NCBI GenBank assembly: GCA_963819655.1
Contig: CAWFXA010000002.1
Location: 896,001 to 960,000, forward strand
Length of the DNA stretch: 64,000 bases
Source: an uncultured Chloroflexia bacterium
GTDB taxonomy: Bacteria; Chloroflexota; Limnocylindria; Limnocylindrales; CSP1-4
Direction: 5' to 3'
The notes below the pieces were generated by a model. It had not been told where the DNA came from. It made no database searches and saw only the letters and a list, made by a program, of their open reading frames with translations. Shown piece after piece: positions 61,442-64,000 of the stretch. The first letter of the stretch is position 1. Every line of letters begins with the position of its first letter. Made by a program: the position numbers and the translations under genes.

Positions 61442-62974
61442 ATGACGACGCTCCACGATCTCCGGCGTGCGCTCTTCCCGACGGCGCGCCCCATCGGGAG
61501 TGCGGAGCTCGGCCCAGAGCGTGGTCAGCGCGATGTCAGCTGGGTCCGCGTCCTCAAGCCTCGCGTGCCGGCATTCGAGGCCCTCGAGACCGGCGACCTC
61601 GCGATCATCCCGGGGCCCGCGCTGGCCGTCGTCGCGCCGGGGCCGGGGCAGATCCACGACCTGATCGTCGCACTCGTCCGTGCGCAGGTGCCAGCCGTCC
61701 TGCTGGTCGAGGGCGACACCGGCAACGACGCGCTCGATGCGCTCGGCGAGGCGGCCCGTACGGCTGGCCTCACTGCCCTCCACCTCGGTCGGGCCGATCC
61801 CGCGACTCTCGAGCGCAGCGTCATCGGCTTCCTCGTGAACCGCCGGGCTGAGCTCGACCGGCGGGCGGCGGACCTGGAGGCGCAGCTGGCCAGGTTCGCG
61901 TTGCTTGGGCGGGGTCTGGATGTCCAGGCCGCCACGATCGGTGCGTTCCTGGGCCGCGCCGTCGTCATCGAGGGCCGGCGCGGCGACCCGATCGCGGTCC
62001 ACGCCCCCGCCGATCTGCCGACTGCCGCCGCCGCGGTCGCGCGCTACCTCGCCCGACCCGGTGGCGCCGGTGCGCTCCGCATCGACATCCCGGCCGCGGC
62101 TGGTGAGCCTGGGCCGACGGGACGCCTCATCCTGCTCGGCGACGAGCCACCGAACGAGCTCGAACGGATCGCCGCGGAACGTGTGGCGGCACTGCTTGCG
62201 CTCGAGCTGGCCCGTGACGAGGCAGTCCGACAGGCGCGCGAGGAGACCCGCCGCGGTGACCCGCTCCCCGCCGATGGACCGCCGTGGGTCGTGATGCTCG
62301 CCTCGCAGGGCACGTCGATCGGACCGGAGGACATCGCGGCACGGGAAGAGACCCGGGCAGAGTTGCGGCTCCTGATGTCGCCCCGTCGGCTCGTCCTGCG
62401 CGGCAGCTCCGAGAGCCTCGAGCTCCGGCTGGTCGCCGCCGCGCCGTCCGACGATCCGGACGGTCTGGCGACCGCTGACCGGCTTGCCACGTTCCTGGCC
62501 CGGACCGTCGCGGTCAGCCGTCCGTTCAGCGAGCCTGGCGCCCGACCTGCGGCCGAGGCGGCGGCACGCGCCACGCTCGAAGCGGCCGACATCCTGCCCG
62601 ATCCGCCACGCGTCGTCCGAGCAGCGCGCCTTCCCGCGTACCTGCTGCTGGGCAACGTCCGGAATCTGCCCGACGGTGTGCGCCAGGCGCGCGAGCTGCT
62701 CGCGCCGATCCTCGTCGGACGCCCGGATGTCCAGCGGGAAAGGATCGACACCCTCGCGGCCGTCCTGTCGTCGCCCAGCCTCGCCGAGGCGGCCGTTCGG
62801 CTGGGCGTCCATCGCAACACGATCGCCTACCGGGTGCAGCGCCTCGAACAGCGCACGGACTGGGACCTGGCAGACCCTGAGCTGCGCGTGGCGCTCCTGC
62901 TAGCCGTCAGAGTCATGCAAAATGCACAAGAAGCGGCACCGACGCCGGTACTGAACCGCAACCCGGCCTCCTGA
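61442..62974 (+). CDS. PucR/CdaR-family transcriptional regulator
   Basis: PucR-like N domain; C-terminal AAVRLGVHRNTIAYRVQRLE HTH. Confidence 0.88.
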   Translation: MTTLHDLRRALFPTARPIGSAELGPERGQRDVSWVRVLKPRVPAFEALETGDLAIIPGPALAVVAPGPGQIHDLIVALVRAQVPAVLLVEGDTGNDALDALGEAARTAGLTALHLGRADPATLERSVIGFLVNRRAELDRRAADLEAQLARFALLGRGLDVQAATIGAFLGRAVVIEGRRGDPIAVHAPADLPTAAAAVARYLARPGGAGALRIDIPAAAGEPGPTGRLILLGDEPPNELERIAAERVAALLALELARDEAVRQAREETRRGDPLPADGPPWVVMLASQGTSIGPEDIAAREETRAELRLLMSPRRLVLRGSSESLELRLVAAAPSDDPDGLATADRLATFLARTVAVSRPFSEPGARPAAEAAARATLEAADILPDPPRVVRAARLPAYLLLGNVRNLPDGVRQARELLAPILVGRPDVQRERIDTLAAVLSSPSLAEAAVRLGVHRNTIAYRVQRLEQRTDWDLADPELRVALLLAVRVMQNAQEAAPTPVLNRNPAS

Positions 62975-63025
62975 TACTGTTGCCTCCCGAGGTGCATGAC
63001 CGCCCGTTTGGTGCGGGGTGCACAA
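62915..63025 (+). promoter_or_regulatory. glnA promoter with two RTGC-N4-TGCACAA boxes
   Basis: ATGCAAAATGCACAA (62915) and GTGCGGGGTGCACAA (63011) flank the extended -10 TGaTACTGT (62972-62980). Confidence 0.6.
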
Positions 63026-63050
63026 ACCGGACGGGAGGAACACCATCGCG

Positions 63051-64000
63051 ATGACCACCCTCGAGCGGATCCCCAGCGGCGTCGCCGCCCCGACGTCGAC
63101 GGTCGCCGACGTCATGTCCCTGGCCCGCGAGGCGGGCGTCCTCATCGTCGATCTGCGTTTCGTCGACCTACCGGGCCAGTCGCAGCACTTCAGCATCCCC
63201 GTCAAGGACCTCGGGGAGGACCTGTTCATCGACGGGATCGGGTTCGACGGCTCCAGTATCCGCGGCTTCCAGCACATCCACGAGTCGGACATGCTGCTCA
63301 TGCCCGACCCGACCACCGCCTACGTCGACCCGACCCTCGACGTCACGACACTCATCCTGTCCTGCGACGTCGTCGAGCCTGGCAGCCGCACGCCGTACAG
63401 CCGCGACCCGCGTTATGTCGCTCGGAAGGCCGAGCGCTACCTGGGGGAGAGCGGCATCGCGACGACGTCGTTCTGGGGCCCCGAGGTCGAGTTCTACATC
63501 TTCGACTCGCTGCGGTTCGAGACCGCCGGCCACAAGTCGATGTACGAGATCGACTCGGACGAAGGCATCTGGAACTCCTCTCGCAACGGCACCTCGAACC
63601 TCGCGCATCGGCCCCGCCCGAAGGAGGGCTATTTCCCGGTCCCGCCGATGGACACTCTCCAGGACCTGCGCAGCAAGATGGTCCTCGCGCTGCAGGCGTC
63701 CGGCATCGACGTCGAGGTGCAGCATCACGAGGTCGGCGGTCCGGGCCAGGCCGAGATCGACATCCGTTACGGCACCCTTGTCGAGACCGCCGACAAGGTC
63801 CTCCGCTACAAATACTTGATCAAGCAGGTCGCCCACGCCGCCGGCAAGGTCGCGACGTTCATGCCCAAGCCGCTGTTCGGTGACAACGGCTCGGGGATGC
63901 ACACCCACCAGAGCCTGTGGAAGGACGGCACCAACCTGTTCTACGACGAGAACGGCTACGCGCTGCTGTCGGACACGGCGCGCTGGTACATCGGCGGGCT
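63051..64000 (+). CDS. glnA: Glutamine synthetase type I, truncated by the window edge
   Basis: FDGSSIRGF, ESDM, RDPR, GPEVEF, HHEV, TFMPKP..DNGSGMHTHQSL. Confidence 0.97.
   Translation, partial: MTTLERIPSGVAAPTSTVADVMSLAREAGVLIVDLRFVDLPGQSQHFSIPVKDLGEDLFIDGIGFDGSSIRGFQHIHESDMLLMPDPTTAYVDPTLDVTTLILSCDVVEPGSRTPYSRDPRYVARKAERYLGESGIATTSFWGPEVEFYIFDSLRFETAGHKSMYEIDSDEGIWNSSRNGTSNLAHRPRPKEGYFPVPPMDTLQDLRSKMVLALQASGIDVEVQHHEVGGPGQAEIDIRYGTLVETADKVLRYKYLIKQVAHAAGKVATFMPKPLFGDNGSGMHTHQSLWKDGTNLFYDENGYALLSDTARWYIGG

Noticed and set aside
63006-63028. TTTGGTGCGGGGTGCACAAACC as a fourth XylR site
   Set aside because: Arm spacing is 10 rather than 11, and it fits the TGCACAA repeat at glnA better

Overview
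High-GC bacterial chromosome segment. Gene style suggests a monoderm, possibly Chloroflexota; this is inference only. In order, the window holds: a truncated DUF3048 gene; a ~19 kb surface-glycan locus (WbpABED/WbpI-type diacetamido-uronic acid pathway, five GT4s, a GT2, a methyltransferase, epimerases, Wzm/Wzt); a prsA-mazG-rph-rdgB-LOG operon and an LCP gene; small regulatory modules (TetR-mgsA, ArsR-SRPBCC/VOC, AraC/VOC); tRNA-Pro(TGG) followed by a cupin-cyclase and a CopB-type ATPase; lysE with a candidate attenuator; a ~15 kb xylose region (xylR, xylFHG, xylAB, dehydrogenase, aldose epimerase); then a transsulfuration enzyme, an orphan resB, a PucR regulator and a truncated glnA. The most notable finding is a lipid-anchored vanadium haloperoxidase-family gene and a divergent membrane-anchored ASPIC/UnbV beta-propeller gene inside the xylose region. 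Their shared promoter carries a copy of the same XylR-like operator found upstream of xylR and xylA. Many genes carry frameshifts that look like sequencing indels. No CRISPR array, rRNA or transposase was seen. All calls come from motif reading; no database searches were run.
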